Position numbers and translations under genes: made by a program. Below the pieces are notes generated by a model. The model was not told the origin of the DNA and searched no databases. It saw only the letters and a list, made by a program, of their open reading frames with translations. From positions 4,320,001 to 4,384,000 of the forward strand of contig OZ245015.1 of NCBI GenBank assembly GCA_965223705.1: a stretch of DNA of 64,000 nt. Direction: 5' to 3'. Source of the stretch: Myxococcota bacterium. Its GTDB lineage: Bacteria; Myxococcota_A; UBA9160; UBA6930. Positions 1 to 9,934 of the stretch are shown piece after piece; within the stretch, counting starts at the first letter, position 1; each line of letters starts with the position of its first letter.

Positions 1-371
1 GGGTCCTCGGCGAAGAGCTGGGGAAGGTTGTCAAACGGACTGTCGCCCGCGGGCGTCCCGTTCTGCGGCAGTGTGTCGCCCAAAGCCCCGAATTGGTCGA
101 CGGTCGAAAGAACCGAAGCACTCGCAGAGGCACCGTTTTGACCGTTGATGAAAGCGGTACCGAACGCTCGGGACTCCGCTCCCACGCCCTGTGTAGGGTC
201 GAAATCCGAGTAGAGGGCATCGAGTGCTTCGGCAGGAGCACCGGAGGCATCGATGAAGTTCACACCTGCTGCGACGTATTCTGAGAAGTCCCAGCCGGCG
301 ATGAAGGCGGCGTTTGCGCTACTGGAAGCCAGTAGGAGCGAAGCCGCGATTGCCATGGTCTTTTTGATCAT
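1..371 (-). CDS. Secreted protein, partial (3' end beyond window); PEP-CTERM-like N-terminus
   Basis: Manual translation (absent from ORF track because no stop in window): MIKKTMAIAASLLLASSSANA|AFIAGWDFSEY..., open to position 1; AAGGAAG upstream of ATG at 371 (alternative ATG 386). Sorting signal not visible. Confidence 0.75.
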   Translation of the reverse strand, partial: MIKKTMAIAASLLLASSSANAAFIAGWDFSEYVAAGVNFIDASGAPAEALDALYSDFDPTQGVGAESRAFGTAFINGQNGASASASVLSTVDQFGALGDTLPQNGTPAGDSPFDNLPQLFAED

Positions 372-386
372 TAGAGCTTCCTTCAT

Positions 387-406
387 TGCGCCTCACCAGA
401 GGCGCA
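387..406. other. Short perfect hairpin upstream of the partial secreted-protein gene
   Basis: TGCGCCTC-ACCA-GAGGCGCA, 8-bp perfect stem. Confidence 0.4.
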
Positions 407-422
407 CGTCATAAGTGCAGCG

Positions 423-458
423 AGGTGCCGGGCCTCGCCGGAGCGGAGCCCGGCACCT
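423..458 (-). terminator. GC-rich stem-loop 3' of the ElpS-like gene (mRNA-stabilising or terminator-like)
   Basis: AGGTGCCGGGC (423-433) / GCCCGGCACCT (448-458), 11-bp perfect stem about 20 nt after the stop; no clear U-tract. Confidence 0.45.
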
Positions 459-477
459 GGAGAGCAGCTGCGTCCGC

Positions 478-2163
478 CTAGAGCAAGCCGGCGAGATCGA
501 GCACGGTCCAACCGTCCGTCCAGAGCGGCTGACCGGCAATGAACCCGCCGCGGGTCGAGGACGTTCCCAGCGGAATCGTTCCGCCGATTGCACCCAACCC
601 ACCCGGTCGAGGATCAATCGGGGCCGACTTGAGACCGGCGCTCAGCTTGTTTGCGGAGTCGCCCGTCGGGTCGAAGGACGTGTCGGCATTGCCGAAGGTC
701 GCGCCGATCGTGTTTAAGCGGTTCACGCCGAGAGCCGAGGTCCGCGTGTCTGCGTCGCCGCAAGCGAGGAGCGCCAGCTCCGTTGCGTTCTGACCACCCG
801 AACCACCTTGGAACGTCGAGGACAGCACTTCGGTCGTGCAGGCTTCCGGTGTCCCCGTGCCGTCGATTTGTTCGGCGGTGGAGAAGCCGGTGCATCCATC
901 AGACGTGTTGTCGTCGACGTCGATGCCTTGACCGATCGGGTTGTTCACGATCGCGTTCACGAGCATGCCGCCGGCGCCGTTGCGGAATTGCACACCGCGG
1001 TTGTTGCCCACGCCTGCGACGCCCGTGGGCGTGAAGTCAGGCGAAGTGACGAGACCGGACCCGAAAGTGGTCCAGTTTGCGAACCGGAAGTTCGACTTCG
1101 GTCGGCAATCGGCCGTGATACCCTTGTCGGCATCGTTGAAGTCGTCGCCGTCGAGCTCGCCGGCCTTGTCGCCGGAGTCGGAGCCGAAGGTTCCGATGTT
1201 ATCGGTCTCGCCAAAGAAGGGCATAATGGCGAAGAGATCTTCATTCACGCCGGTGTAGCCCTGATCGGTGTCGAAGGAATCATCGCCGGCAAATGTCACC
1301 ATCAGATTGTTTCCGTTGACGGTTCCGCCGAACCATTCCATGCCGTCGTCGAAGTTCGCAAAGACCTCGATGAACTCGAAAACGGTCGCGTCGCCGACGC
1401 CGGCGAGAGTCACGCCATTGATCTCGTTCGCTGTACCGATCTGGTCGCCACCGTGTTTGACCTGGATGAATCGCATCGTGCCGCTGTAATCGTGGACCAG
1501 CGGATTCGCGCTGTTGCCGTAGGAAGCCTGGAGCGAGTCGACATCGCCCGGGAGCTCGATCCCCTCAACGGTGCACTCGCCGAGGAGGCTGCCTGACAAG
1601 CCCGCGCAATCGGAGCCGTTGCCGACGTTCACCGGTGCTTCGCCGAGGATCACGAGGCCACCCCAGAGCTGAACCGCCGCGGTGCCATCGGCGGCAAGCG
1701 GAGCGGACGGAACGGTCGTGGGCGTGTCGTCCCAGTACTGCGACTCGAGAGTCGCCCCGGTCGCCTGGTTGAGGAAGGCACCCGTACGGTCCGGCACGTT
1801 GTCCGAGTTGAGATCGAGAGCAGCCGTCGTGAAGATGATCGGGGACGTCGGGAGCCCTTGGGCTTCGAGCGCACCTTGGCGCGTGATAATCAGAGAGCCA
1901 GGAGCTCCGGCCGAGCCCGCGGCGGAACGCCCCTGTCCGCGAACGACGCAGCCAGGGAGAATTGTGAGCACGACCGGCTCGCCACCCTTCGTTCCGTCAC
2001 CGACGGCCACCGGGCCGTCGAGCAGAATCGGGCAGGGATTCGGCGCGACGCCCCAAGTCTCGGACGACGCGATCGTGCCCGACTTCACTGTGCTTTGAGC
2101 ACCTGCCGAACCGGCGACACCGGCGACGGCAAGGGCAATCAAGGCAGTCAACAATCTGCGCAT
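478..2163 (-). CDS. Secreted beta-helix-type protein of the TBDR-associated family (ElpS-like)
   Basis: Signal peptide MRRLLTALIALAVAGVAGSAGA|Q; AGAGGA RBS before ATG 2163; family motifs WGGLVILGEAP, NEINGVTLAGVG, DDGMEWFGGTVN, DDSFDTDQGYTG, C-terminal WTDGWT; adjacent to TBDR. Confidence 0.75.
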   Translation of the reverse strand: MRRLLTALIALAVAGVAGSAGAQSTVKSGTIASSETWGVAPNPCPILLDGPVAVGDGTKGGEPVVLTILPGCVVRGQGRSAAGSAGAPGSLIITRQGALEAQGLPTSPIIFTTAALDLNSDNVPDRTGAFLNQATGATLESQYWDDTPTTVPSAPLAADGTAAVQLWGGLVILGEAPVNVGNGSDCAGLSGSLLGECTVEGIELPGDVDSLQASYGNSANPLVHDYSGTMRFIQVKHGGDQIGTANEINGVTLAGVGDATVFEFIEVFANFDDGMEWFGGTVNGNNLMVTFAGDDSFDTDQGYTGVNEDLFAIMPFFGETDNIGTFGSDSGDKAGELDGDDFNDADKGITADCRPKSNFRFANWTTFGSGLVTSPDFTPTGVAGVGNNRGVQFRNGAGGMLVNAIVNNPIGQGIDVDDNTSDGCTGFSTAEQIDGTGTPEACTTEVLSSTFQGGSGGQNATELALLACGDADTRTSALGVNRLNTIGATFGNADTSFDPTGDSANKLSAGLKSAPIDPRPGGLGAIGGTIPLGTSSTRGGFIAGQPLWTDGWTVLDLAGLL

Positions 2164-2352
2164 GGTAATTGTGGTTCCTCTGGATGAGTTTGTTTCAACG
2201 CCGAGCCCCGCTCCCCGTCCTCGAGGTTCTGGCCCACCGTCGGCGCCTAATGTGTCAGTGCGGGGTGACACACGCGCCGCGCTCGTGTGATGTTTCGTTT
2301 GCCCCTCGGTGACAAGACATTCTTCCCCCTGGGACGCTCATCTCGCGCCTTC

Positions 2353-5300
2353 TCAGAACGTTCGCCGATAGGAAAGGGAGACCGAATAGTCCCGCCCGGA
2401 GCGGAACCGCCGCTCGTAAATGTCGCTGCTTGTCTGCTCGGGGTCGTAGAGGACACCCCGTTGGCTGTCGAGGAGGTTCTTCGCACTGAACTTCAGGACC
2501 AGCGGTTCGAACGTTTCCTTGCCCGGGCGAAGAAACCCGAAGCTCTGGCTGAACACCAAGTCGAGCTGAGAAAAGCCATCGGTGAACTGATCCAGGATCA
2601 GCGAGTTGACCTGTCGGTTCGGGGCGATCTGAGCCACGCCTGCGGCGTTGAGGACATCACTGATCGAGAAGAGCGCTAGGGTGGCCTTCGTTCCCCAAGC
2701 CGGATGGTCGAAGCTCAAGTCGACGTTCGCGATCCACTCCGGCTGTCCGAAAAGGCGCCGCTTCTCCTCGAGACCGCCGAAACGAGCGAGGCCGTCCGCT
2801 TCCGTCGTGCCAAAGAACCCCTCTGAGCGCGCGAGGGTCGCGAAACCGCGTTCCACTTCGGCGTCGATGTACGTGAAATTCCCGCCGATCGAGAAGTAGC
2901 TCGGGAACTCGGACTTGATCGGCTGGTAACCAAAGATCTTCCCGGCCAGGAAGCCCAGGTTCTTGCGCGCCTCGAACTCGAAACCGAGGAGATCGGCATC
3001 TGTCTGGTTGTTGAACCACGTGCGATAAAACGCGAACGAAGTCGAGTCATTGATCGTAGGATCGCGGAGCACGATCTTCTCGATCGGATCCTCAATCGTT
3101 TTATGAAATACGCTGAACGCGACCAGATCGCCTTGGTCGCCCCAGGTGTACTCCAAGCGCGCGTCGAAACTCTCGACTCTCGAGACGTCGAGCTGCGGGT
3201 TCCCGACCTCGAGACCGCTGCTGTCGACGGGAATCGTGACGTAGTAGCCGAGCTCGCGAAAAGACGGACGCGCGACCGTCTTTGAATAGGCGAGTCGTAG
3301 ATTGACACCTTCGAAGGGGCGATAGCCGACACCAATCGTGGGAAGGAAGAACCGCTCGTCGAGCTCCCCGTCGATCAGACTGTTGGGATCATCGACATCC
3401 ACGAATCCCGTGGCTGGATCGATTTGGACGTCGAGCCCGAGAATCTCGTCATTGAACACTGTGCCTGGGACCGCCGTGCCCTCGGTTCGCGTCACCGAAT
3501 TGTCGAGTCGGTCGAAAAACAAATAGCGAGAGGGAAAGACTTCGGGCGCTCCGAGAATCACTTTCGGATCGCCGTTTCGATCGAACGCCCGAGCGTCATT
3601 CGCCGAGGTCAAGCGCAGCGATTCGACGCGAAACCCGCCGAAGACATCGAACACATCCCAGAAGGTGAGCTTCGTATCGAAGTTGAAGGACCAGACCCGC
3701 CTTTCGGACTCGTTGCTCGACAATTGGAGGTTCACCAGTCGGTCCGTGTCGGGGTCCACCGCCAAGCTCGGGATCAGATTGGTCCCCACTTCCTCGAACG
3801 AATCGCCGAGCGCGATCCCCTGCGAGAAGTTCGCCAAGCAAATATCTCGCTCGAATCGACAGCGCTCTTGATCGAACAGAACGCCATCGCCGAGGAAACT
3901 CGCCCCGACATCGCGATCGGAGTTTTCGTACCAGCCGCCGGCGCGGATCGTCCAATCGACGAATCCGAACAATGACCGCTCGTAGCTGATGTCGAGGCGT
4001 GCGAAGTTCTGATTCTCTTCAATTTCGGTGTCGCTGAGCAAAATGTCGTCATTAATCGCGAAGACGCCGTCGCGTTCCGTTATCGGGTAGGTCTCCGGAA
4101 TGAAGGCAAGGTCCGGAGACGTGTTGAAGATCCGGTTCCTCAGTCCGAATTCTTCCTGGTCTGTTCGCGCCGTGTTGGCCACCCAGTTGATCTCGAGCCC
4201 TTCGAAGCGGTCCCAGCGGTGAGACCCATTGATCTGAAAGAGAGTCAGCGAACGCTCGCGATCGACACCCCGACCTTCGTTCACGTTCGACAGCCACTGA
4301 TGCCCTCGGAGAGGCGACGATGTGCGTCCACCCTCGTCGGAGTTGATATTGAACGCGATCCACGACCCCGGTGTCGCGAAGTTGTTGAAGCTGTCGGCAG
4401 AGACCGCTTCTCCCTGCAGTGTGTCGTCGACGAACACGTCGTAGTCGAACCCGGGAATGAAGCCGTTTTCTTTGTGCTGGACGATTTCCTCTTCCTTTTT
4501 CGTGTCGAAGAACGTGAAATCGATGGTGTGGTTCCCCTCGGTGTCGAGGTCGAAACCCAAGCCGCTAAACGCGGTGCGTTGCAGGACGCGCTCGCTCTGG
4601 GTGAGCTCGAACAGGCCTTCCGAGAGGTTGAGCTCGCCGAAGGCGAGGTCTCCGGACTGCTCTTCTCGCAAACCGGCGACTTCAAAACCGAACGGCGGTG
4701 TGATCAAGAGGTTCCGGCGACGCGGTTCCCGCGTTTCCTGAAATCCCTCCGACGTGGAGTAGTCGATCTCGTTGCTCAAGATCGCCTTGAAGCGGACGTT
4801 GCGACCGAAGAGTTCGTTGTTTCCTCCGGCGGAGACCTTGAAATCTGTCTCGAACGGGTTTGACCGGTCGCCACCCGTCGATGATTGGTCGTTGTACCGG
4901 AGGAACGTGTCCTGGGCTCGGTCCTCGAGCCCAGCGCCGGCGCTGAACTCGATGAAGAAGTTGTCTTCGGTGTACTGGTCGGTGCGGATGTCGATCGTAC
5001 CGCCCGCGGAGTTTCCGGGCGCGTCTGCGCCGAAGGTCTTCGCCACGACCAAGTTCGAGACGACTTCCGCGGGAAACAGATCGAGCTGAACCGATTGGCT
5101 CTCCGGGTCCGGGCTCGGTACCGGCGCGCCGTTAAAGAGCGTGCTGCTGTACCGATCTTCGAGGCCGCGAATAATGGCGAACTGCCCCTCGACGATGTTG
5201 ACGCCGGCCACGCGCTTGAGCGCATCGGCCACGTCGCTGGCCGCGAACCGCGAGAGGTCCTCGGCGCTCATGATGTTCAGCAGTTCATCGGACTCGAGCC

Positions 5301-5847
5301 GCAGCTCGAGCGATGTCATGATCTCGCTCACCGTAGACGCTTCGACGACGAACGCTTCGAGGTCGAGCACCTCGCGGCCTTCTTCGGTGGGGAGCGGCGG
5401 CATCGGAAAATCGGCGCGGTTCAGTTGCCCGGCGACGACCTGAAAGTCGGTCATGGTCGATGCTCGGTAGCCAGACTTCACGAAGCTCAGGCTGTACGAG
5501 CCTTCGGGGATCGAAGGAAACGTGAACGCGCCGTCCGGGTCGGTGAGCTGAACTTCCTGGCGGGGTTCGGATCCATCGCCGGGGTCGGGCCACACGACAA
5601 TGACCGAAACACCTGATACGGGCACGCCTGCTTCGGAATCGAACACCTGACCTGCCACACTTCCGTGGCCCGCCGCCGCTTCCGTCGCGGGTGCATCTTT
5701 GTCGACCGCGCTGGCGCTACCGATATTGCCGAGAACGTCTTCGAGGTCTCCCTGTGCCGACACGGGGAGCGCCATCATCAGGCAGAGCGCTGTGGCGGCG
5801 ATGATTGCAAGAGCGCAATGCGCCAGGTGGGGAGCGATTCGCTTCAT
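2353..5847 (-). CDS. TonB-dependent receptor with N-terminal carboxypeptidase-regulatory-like domain
   Basis: Signal peptide ending VSA|Q; plug motif DALKRVAGVNI...IIRGLEDRYSSTLFNG; YSKTVARPSFREL, GNPQL, KNLLD; C-terminal ...SLSYRRTF. Confidence 0.93.
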   Translation of the reverse strand: MKRIAPHLAHCALAIIAATALCLMMALPVSAQGDLEDVLGNIGSASAVDKDAPATEAAAGHGSVAGQVFDSEAGVPVSGVSVIVVWPDPGDGSEPRQEVQLTDPDGAFTFPSIPEGSYSLSFVKSGYRASTMTDFQVVAGQLNRADFPMPPLPTEEGREVLDLEAFVVEASTVSEIMTSLELRLESDELLNIMSAEDLSRFAASDVADALKRVAGVNIVEGQFAIIRGLEDRYSSTLFNGAPVPSPDPESQSVQLDLFPAEVVSNLVVAKTFGADAPGNSAGGTIDIRTDQYTEDNFFIEFSAGAGLEDRAQDTFLRYNDQSSTGGDRSNPFETDFKVSAGGNNELFGRNVRFKAILSNEIDYSTSEGFQETREPRRRNLLITPPFGFEVAGLREEQSGDLAFGELNLSEGLFELTQSERVLQRTAFSGLGFDLDTEGNHTIDFTFFDTKKEEEIVQHKENGFIPGFDYDVFVDDTLQGEAVSADSFNNFATPGSWIAFNINSDEGGRTSSPLRGHQWLSNVNEGRGVDRERSLTLFQINGSHRWDRFEGLEINWVANTARTDQEEFGLRNRIFNTSPDLAFIPETYPITERDGVFAINDDILLSDTEIEENQNFARLDISYERSLFGFVDWTIRAGGWYENSDRDVGASFLGDGVLFDQERCRFERDICLANFSQGIALGDSFEEVGTNLIPSLAVDPDTDRLVNLQLSSNESERRVWSFNFDTKLTFWDVFDVFGGFRVESLRLTSANDARAFDRNGDPKVILGAPEVFPSRYLFFDRLDNSVTRTEGTAVPGTVFNDEILGLDVQIDPATGFVDVDDPNSLIDGELDERFFLPTIGVGYRPFEGVNLRLAYSKTVARPSFRELGYYVTIPVDSSGLEVGNPQLDVSRVESFDARLEYTWGDQGDLVAFSVFHKTIEDPIEKIVLRDPTINDSTSFAFYRTWFNNQTDADLLGFEFEARKNLGFLAGKIFGYQPIKSEFPSYFSIGGNFTYIDAEVERGFATLARSEGFFGTTEADGLARFGGLEEKRRLFGQPEWIANVDLSFDHPAWGTKATLALFSISDVLNAAGVAQIAPNRQVNSLILDQFTDGFSQLDLVFSQSFGFLRPGKETFEPLVLKFSAKNLLDSQRGVLYDPEQTSSDIYERRFRSGRDYSVSLSYRRTF

Positions 5848-5985
5848 CGATTTTTGCTCGGTCGGCAACGCTTTCGGATGCGCCGGTACTCTACTGATGG
5901 TCCGATGAATCGGAGCCTCACTCGCGTGATGAAACCGGGGTGATTCTGTGACGCGACGGAGGCGCGCCGATGAATCGCGTTCGCA

Positions 5986-7341
5986 CTAGCGGGGGCGTAC
6001 GGCTCCTTCGACGCGGGCGAGGAATCGTTCGACGCGCGGCTCGCGCTTGATCGCGAGCGCATCGCGCAGGAGCTCGGCCGCCTTCGCGTAGTCGCGACCG
6101 GTAACGGCGAACTGAGCGTGCTCGAGCAGCGCGCGATATTCGAAGTCGTCGAGCTTTCGGGCGCGCTCCACCAGGAGAATCGCACGCTCTTCCTGACCGC
6201 GTCCGTGGTAGTAGGACGCGAGCTCGAGCAGTGCCTCTCCGCGGGTCCCGTCGCGATCGACGATGGATTCCAGCAGCTTCGCCGCTTCTTTCTCGCGACC
6301 TTCGGCGCGCGCGACCTTCGCTTTCAGGGTCAGCACCTTGAGCTCGTCCTCTTGCGAAAGCTCCTTGGCGTAGCGCGCGTCGACGGAGTTGAGGATTTCT
6401 TTTGCCGAGTCGAACGAGCGCGTCCGAATCAAGAGCTCAGCCGCGCGGTACGCCGTCGTAAACTGGCCGCCGCTCTTGTCGGAACGAATCACGTCGAGGT
6501 ACGCGTTCTTCGCTAAGTCGTACATCCCCGCGTTCATGTAGATATCGCCGAGCAGCACGAGACTGCTGGTCTCGGTTTTTCCCATCATGCGAACGGCTTC
6601 TAAGTTGGTCGCGGCATCCATCGGTTGCTCGAGCCCGATGTACGCGTTGGCCTGGAGCATCCAGGCACTGACGTCGCTGGGATCGTCTTCGATCAAGCTT
6701 TGGAACAGGGCTACGGCCTCGCGGTGCTGGTTCGTCGCGAGAAGTGCGCGCGCCAGGCCGAGCTGCCAATCTCGCGTGTCGGGCTCCTGCAAGATCGCGT
6801 TGCTGTACGCCTCTTTCGCCGCCAGGTTCTTCTCGAGGTTGATGTAGCAGTAGCCGAGCAGGCCGTAGTTCCGGCCGTCGCGGTCGCCGAGCTCGACCGC
6901 GCGGCCGAGGTGCGCAGCACCGCCTTTGAAATCGCCCTTCTGGACGCGCAGGAGTCCCAGGTTCTTGTGGGCGCGCCGGAAGTCCGGAAACTTGTCGATC
7001 GCGCTGCTGTAGTGCTTGGCGGCGGAATCGAGCTGACCGTTCTGAAAACTCAGGTTCGCGAGGACGAAGTCGAGCGCCGCACTACTGTCGCCGGTGATCT
7101 GTTGCGCGAGGACGCTTTCCGCAGCTTTGGGGTTGGCCTTCATCAGCCCGATGACTTCCCGCAGCAACTCGAGCTCGGTGTCTTTGACCTGAGGCTCGGC
7201 GCCGGAGAGAAAGCCGTAGCTTCCGAGAAAGCGCTTCTTCCACTCGGGATCGTCCAAGAATGAGGAGATCTCCGGAGAAGTTGCCGCGGTCGCCGCGCTG
7301 GCGAGTAGAACGAAACAGGCTGCGAGGATTGTTGTGCGCAT
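5986..7341 (-). CDS. Periplasmic tetratricopeptide-repeat protein (TonB-system associated)
   Basis: Signal peptide; many TPR-type helical repeats (e.g. RAHKNLGLLRVQKGDFKGGAAHLGRAVEL). Confidence 0.88.
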   Translation of the reverse strand: MRTTILAACFVLLASAATAATSPEISSFLDDPEWKKRFLGSYGFLSGAEPQVKDTELELLREVIGLMKANPKAAESVLAQQITGDSSAALDFVLANLSFQNGQLDSAAKHYSSAIDKFPDFRRAHKNLGLLRVQKGDFKGGAAHLGRAVELGDRDGRNYGLLGYCYINLEKNLAAKEAYSNAILQEPDTRDWQLGLARALLATNQHREAVALFQSLIEDDPSDVSAWMLQANAYIGLEQPMDAATNLEAVRMMGKTETSSLVLLGDIYMNAGMYDLAKNAYLDVIRSDKSGGQFTTAYRAAELLIRTRSFDSAKEILNSVDARYAKELSQEDELKVLTLKAKVARAEGREKEAAKLLESIVDRDGTRGEALLELASYYHGRGQEERAILLVERARKLDDFEYRALLEHAQFAVTGRDYAKAAELLRDALAIKREPRVERFLARVEGAVRPR

Positions 7342-7432
7342 CACCGGCGAGGCTACTCGATCGGAATGCGCCGAAGTGTTCCGGTCGAGCCGTTCGGCCG
7401 TCTCTTCAACACTTCGTCATCGATTCTTCAAA

Positions 7433-8365
7433 CTAGGGCGATCCGCTGTAAAAGGCCTCGAGCACGACGCGACCGGCGCTTCCCAAGCTCAGTGGCGAGC
7501 ACTTGTCGAGTGTGTCGTCCTGGGTGTGCCACGGCGGATAGTCGAGATCGATCAACACAGCCGCGGGGAATCCGATCTGGAGGAACGGCGTGTGATCGTC
7601 GATGATCGCCTGACCCAAGCGAGGGACAAAGGCCCCTTCGTTTTGGCGACGGGCGGCGTCAAAGAGCTTTTTCGTGAGCGCGGGAAAGCGCTGCGCGCCG
7701 GTGCGCTCCTGGAAGATCTCGAGCTCCGCGTCGCCGACCATGTCGACGATCACCACGGCTTCGGGACGCGCATTCGGACGAAGTCGTTTCCAGTGCTTCG
7801 CCATGTAGCGGGAGCCGACGAGGTAGTCTTCGAGCTCACCCGCACGACCGAAGTCTTCTCCGTCGAAGAAGGCCACCTCGAGTCCCGGTTCCGCGCCCGC
7901 TTCGGCGACGACACGAGCGATCTCGAGCAACACCGCGACGCCGGATCCGCCGTCGTTTGCCCCGACGATCGGCCTCGCGCGCCCCATCGGATCGTCGTCG
8001 AGATCGCCCCACGGCCGCGTGTCGTAATGCGCACCGAGCAGGATCCATGAACCGTCGCGGCCTCCGATGAGCCCGGTGATGTTCGTAAAGTCGCGCGGAG
8101 CGCTCTCGTGCCGGGCTTGGTACTTGAGCGGAATGTCTTCGACCGTAGCGCCCAGCGCTTCGAGGTGTTTCCGGATATAGCGCTGAGCTCGCTCATGCCC
8201 CGGCGTCCCCGGGGCGCGCGGCCCCATCGCGACGAGATTCTGGAGGTGAGTCCAAGCGCGCTCCTCCGAGAAGCGCGCGGCGAGATCGGCGGAAACGGGA
8301 TCGGCTCCGGGTTTCGAACCGCAGGCCAAGACGAAGACAACGAGGAAGCCGTGGATCCACCGCAC
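7433..8365 (-). CDS. M28 family zinc peptidase / type II glutaminyl cyclase-like lipoprotein
   Basis: Lipobox VLAC; motifs AHYD, GANDGGSG, FFDGED, DMVG, DDH, WHT. Confidence 0.85.
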   Translation of the reverse strand: MRWIHGFLVVFVLACGSKPGADPVSADLAARFSEERAWTHLQNLVAMGPRAPGTPGHERAQRYIRKHLEALGATVEDIPLKYQARHESAPRDFTNITGLIGGRDGSWILLGAHYDTRPWGDLDDDPMGRARPIVGANDGGSGVAVLLEIARVVAEAGAEPGLEVAFFDGEDFGRAGELEDYLVGSRYMAKHWKRLRPNARPEAVVIVDMVGDAELEIFQERTGAQRFPALTKKLFDAARRQNEGAFVPRLGQAIIDDHTPFLQIGFPAAVLIDLDYPPWHTQDDTLDKCSPLSLGSAGRVVLEAFYSGSP

Positions 8366-8374
8366 CCGCAGAGG

Positions 8375-9934
8375 TTAGTTCACGCGAATCGGAATCGGCA
8401 GACGCGCCCGCGCCGAAACGGGCTGCCCGTCCCGCGTCGGGGGTGTGAACTTCCACGTTCGGACCTGGGTGAGGACAAACGCTTCGAACTCCGGCAGATC
8501 CGACGAATCGATATCGGCGGTCAGGACCTCGCCTTCTGCGCTGAGCTCGACGGACAACACGATCTCGCCTTGGATCTTCTTGCGCCGCAGCTGCCAAGGT
8601 AACTCGAGCCCCGCGCTACCGACCGGCCGCGGCGGTCGGTCGAGATCGGTCGCGTTGTGAATGCGCGCGAGCTCTTGCGCGCGCTTGAGCGCGGCAGCCC
8701 GCTTCGCGTCGCGGTGCGTTCGCTCGTGTCGAGCCAGCGCGGCCCGCGCATCACCGCGTTGATACAGCCCACGGAACCCTTCGTGCGAGCACGCACCGTC
8801 CGCGCAAAAGATCTCCCACAGACTCGCGGCGGCGAGTTCCGATGCGCTCGCGCCGCCGACTTGTGGATCGTTGACGACGAGCGTCGCGATCGCGATGCGC
8901 GGCTCATCCGCCGGAGCCACACCGATAAACCACTGATAGAGACCTTCCGGCGCGTGCCCGCTCAAGGTCCCGGTCTTACCGGCGACGGAAATCTCGCCGA
9001 GAAAGGGCGAGCCCGAAGCGTTGTGGAAAGCGCGGCGCGCGGTTCCACTGCGGGTGACCGAAATCAAATGCTCGCGCAGTTCGGCTGTGAGCTCGGGCGT
9101 CCAAACCGCTTCCGCCGGCCGCGCTTCGGGGATTTCGTAGTCGTTTCCATAGCGATCCCGAATGCGTGCGATCCAGTGGGGCGTCACCAGACCACCGTTG
9201 GCGAGAAGCGCTGCGAGACGGGCCGCGCTGAGCGGCGTGATGAACGAGCCGGCGAGTCCCGAACCGAGCCGGCCGAGATCGAAGGGACCTTCGCCGCTGT
9301 CGATCTCACCCGTCGCGTGCCCCGGCGCTGGCGCTTCGAGCAGTCCGGCGCGCTCGATCTCGTCGACGAGTAGCGTCTCGCCGACGTCTCGCGCGGCGAA
9401 GCGTGCGAAGCACTGATTGTTCGAGTTTGCGAGAGCGGTGCGGAACGTTTCGACGACTCCGCCTTCCCGAGGAGGCGTAAAGTCGCCACCGTGCAACGCG
9501 TAGCGGTTTCCCGTGTATCGGCACGGGCCCCGTGCCGCATCGGGAGCGTGTTTTAGAACCGCTGCAGCCGTGACAACTTTCATCAGCGACGCGGCCGGGT
9601 AAGCGCGCGTCGGCGGGAAGGCCTCAGGATCGGTCGAAAGGTAGGCGAACACTGCGCCGCTCGACGCATCCATCACGAGGATGTGACCGCGGTCGACCTC
9701 GCGCTCTGTGAGTAGGGCCCGCAGATTGGACTCGAGCATCGGATCGGTCGTGTATTCGACTTCGTAGTCGCCGACGCGCTCAAGCGTGCGAAGTCCTGCT
9801 GCGGGAACCGTCGCTTGCGACGCCCGCGCTCCCGGGGGCAAGCGTTCGAAGAGTTCCTGCGCCGGCTCCGCACCCGCGGGACACCCGAAAACGAGCGCCC
9901 CGAGCAGCGCGAGTGTTCGGACGCGCCCGCTCAA
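8375..9934 (-). CDS. Penicillin-binding transpeptidase domain protein fused to a C-terminal TonB domain
   Basis: SxxK (SLMK), SxN (SNN), KTG (GKTGT); last ~90 aa is a TonB_C domain (WKFTPP...PIPIRVN); overlaps the tonB stop by 4 nt. Confidence 0.85.
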   Translation of the reverse strand: MSGRVRTLALLGALVFGCPAGAEPAQELFERLPPGARASQATVPAAGLRTLERVGDYEVEYTTDPMLESNLRALLTEREVDRGHILVMDASSGAVFAYLSTDPEAFPPTRAYPAASLMKVVTAAAVLKHAPDAARGPCRYTGNRYALHGGDFTPPREGGVVETFRTALANSNNQCFARFAARDVGETLLVDEIERAGLLEAPAPGHATGEIDSGEGPFDLGRLGSGLAGSFITPLSAARLAALLANGGLVTPHWIARIRDRYGNDYEIPEARPAEAVWTPELTAELREHLISVTRSGTARRAFHNASGSPFLGEISVAGKTGTLSGHAPEGLYQWFIGVAPADEPRIAIATLVVNDPQVGGASASELAAASLWEIFCADGACSHEGFRGLYQRGDARAALARHERTHRDAKRAAALKRAQELARIHNATDLDRPPRPVGSAGLELPWQLRRKKIQGEIVLSVELSAEGEVLTADIDSSDLPEFEAFVLTQVRTWKFTPPTRDGQPVSARARLPIPIRVN

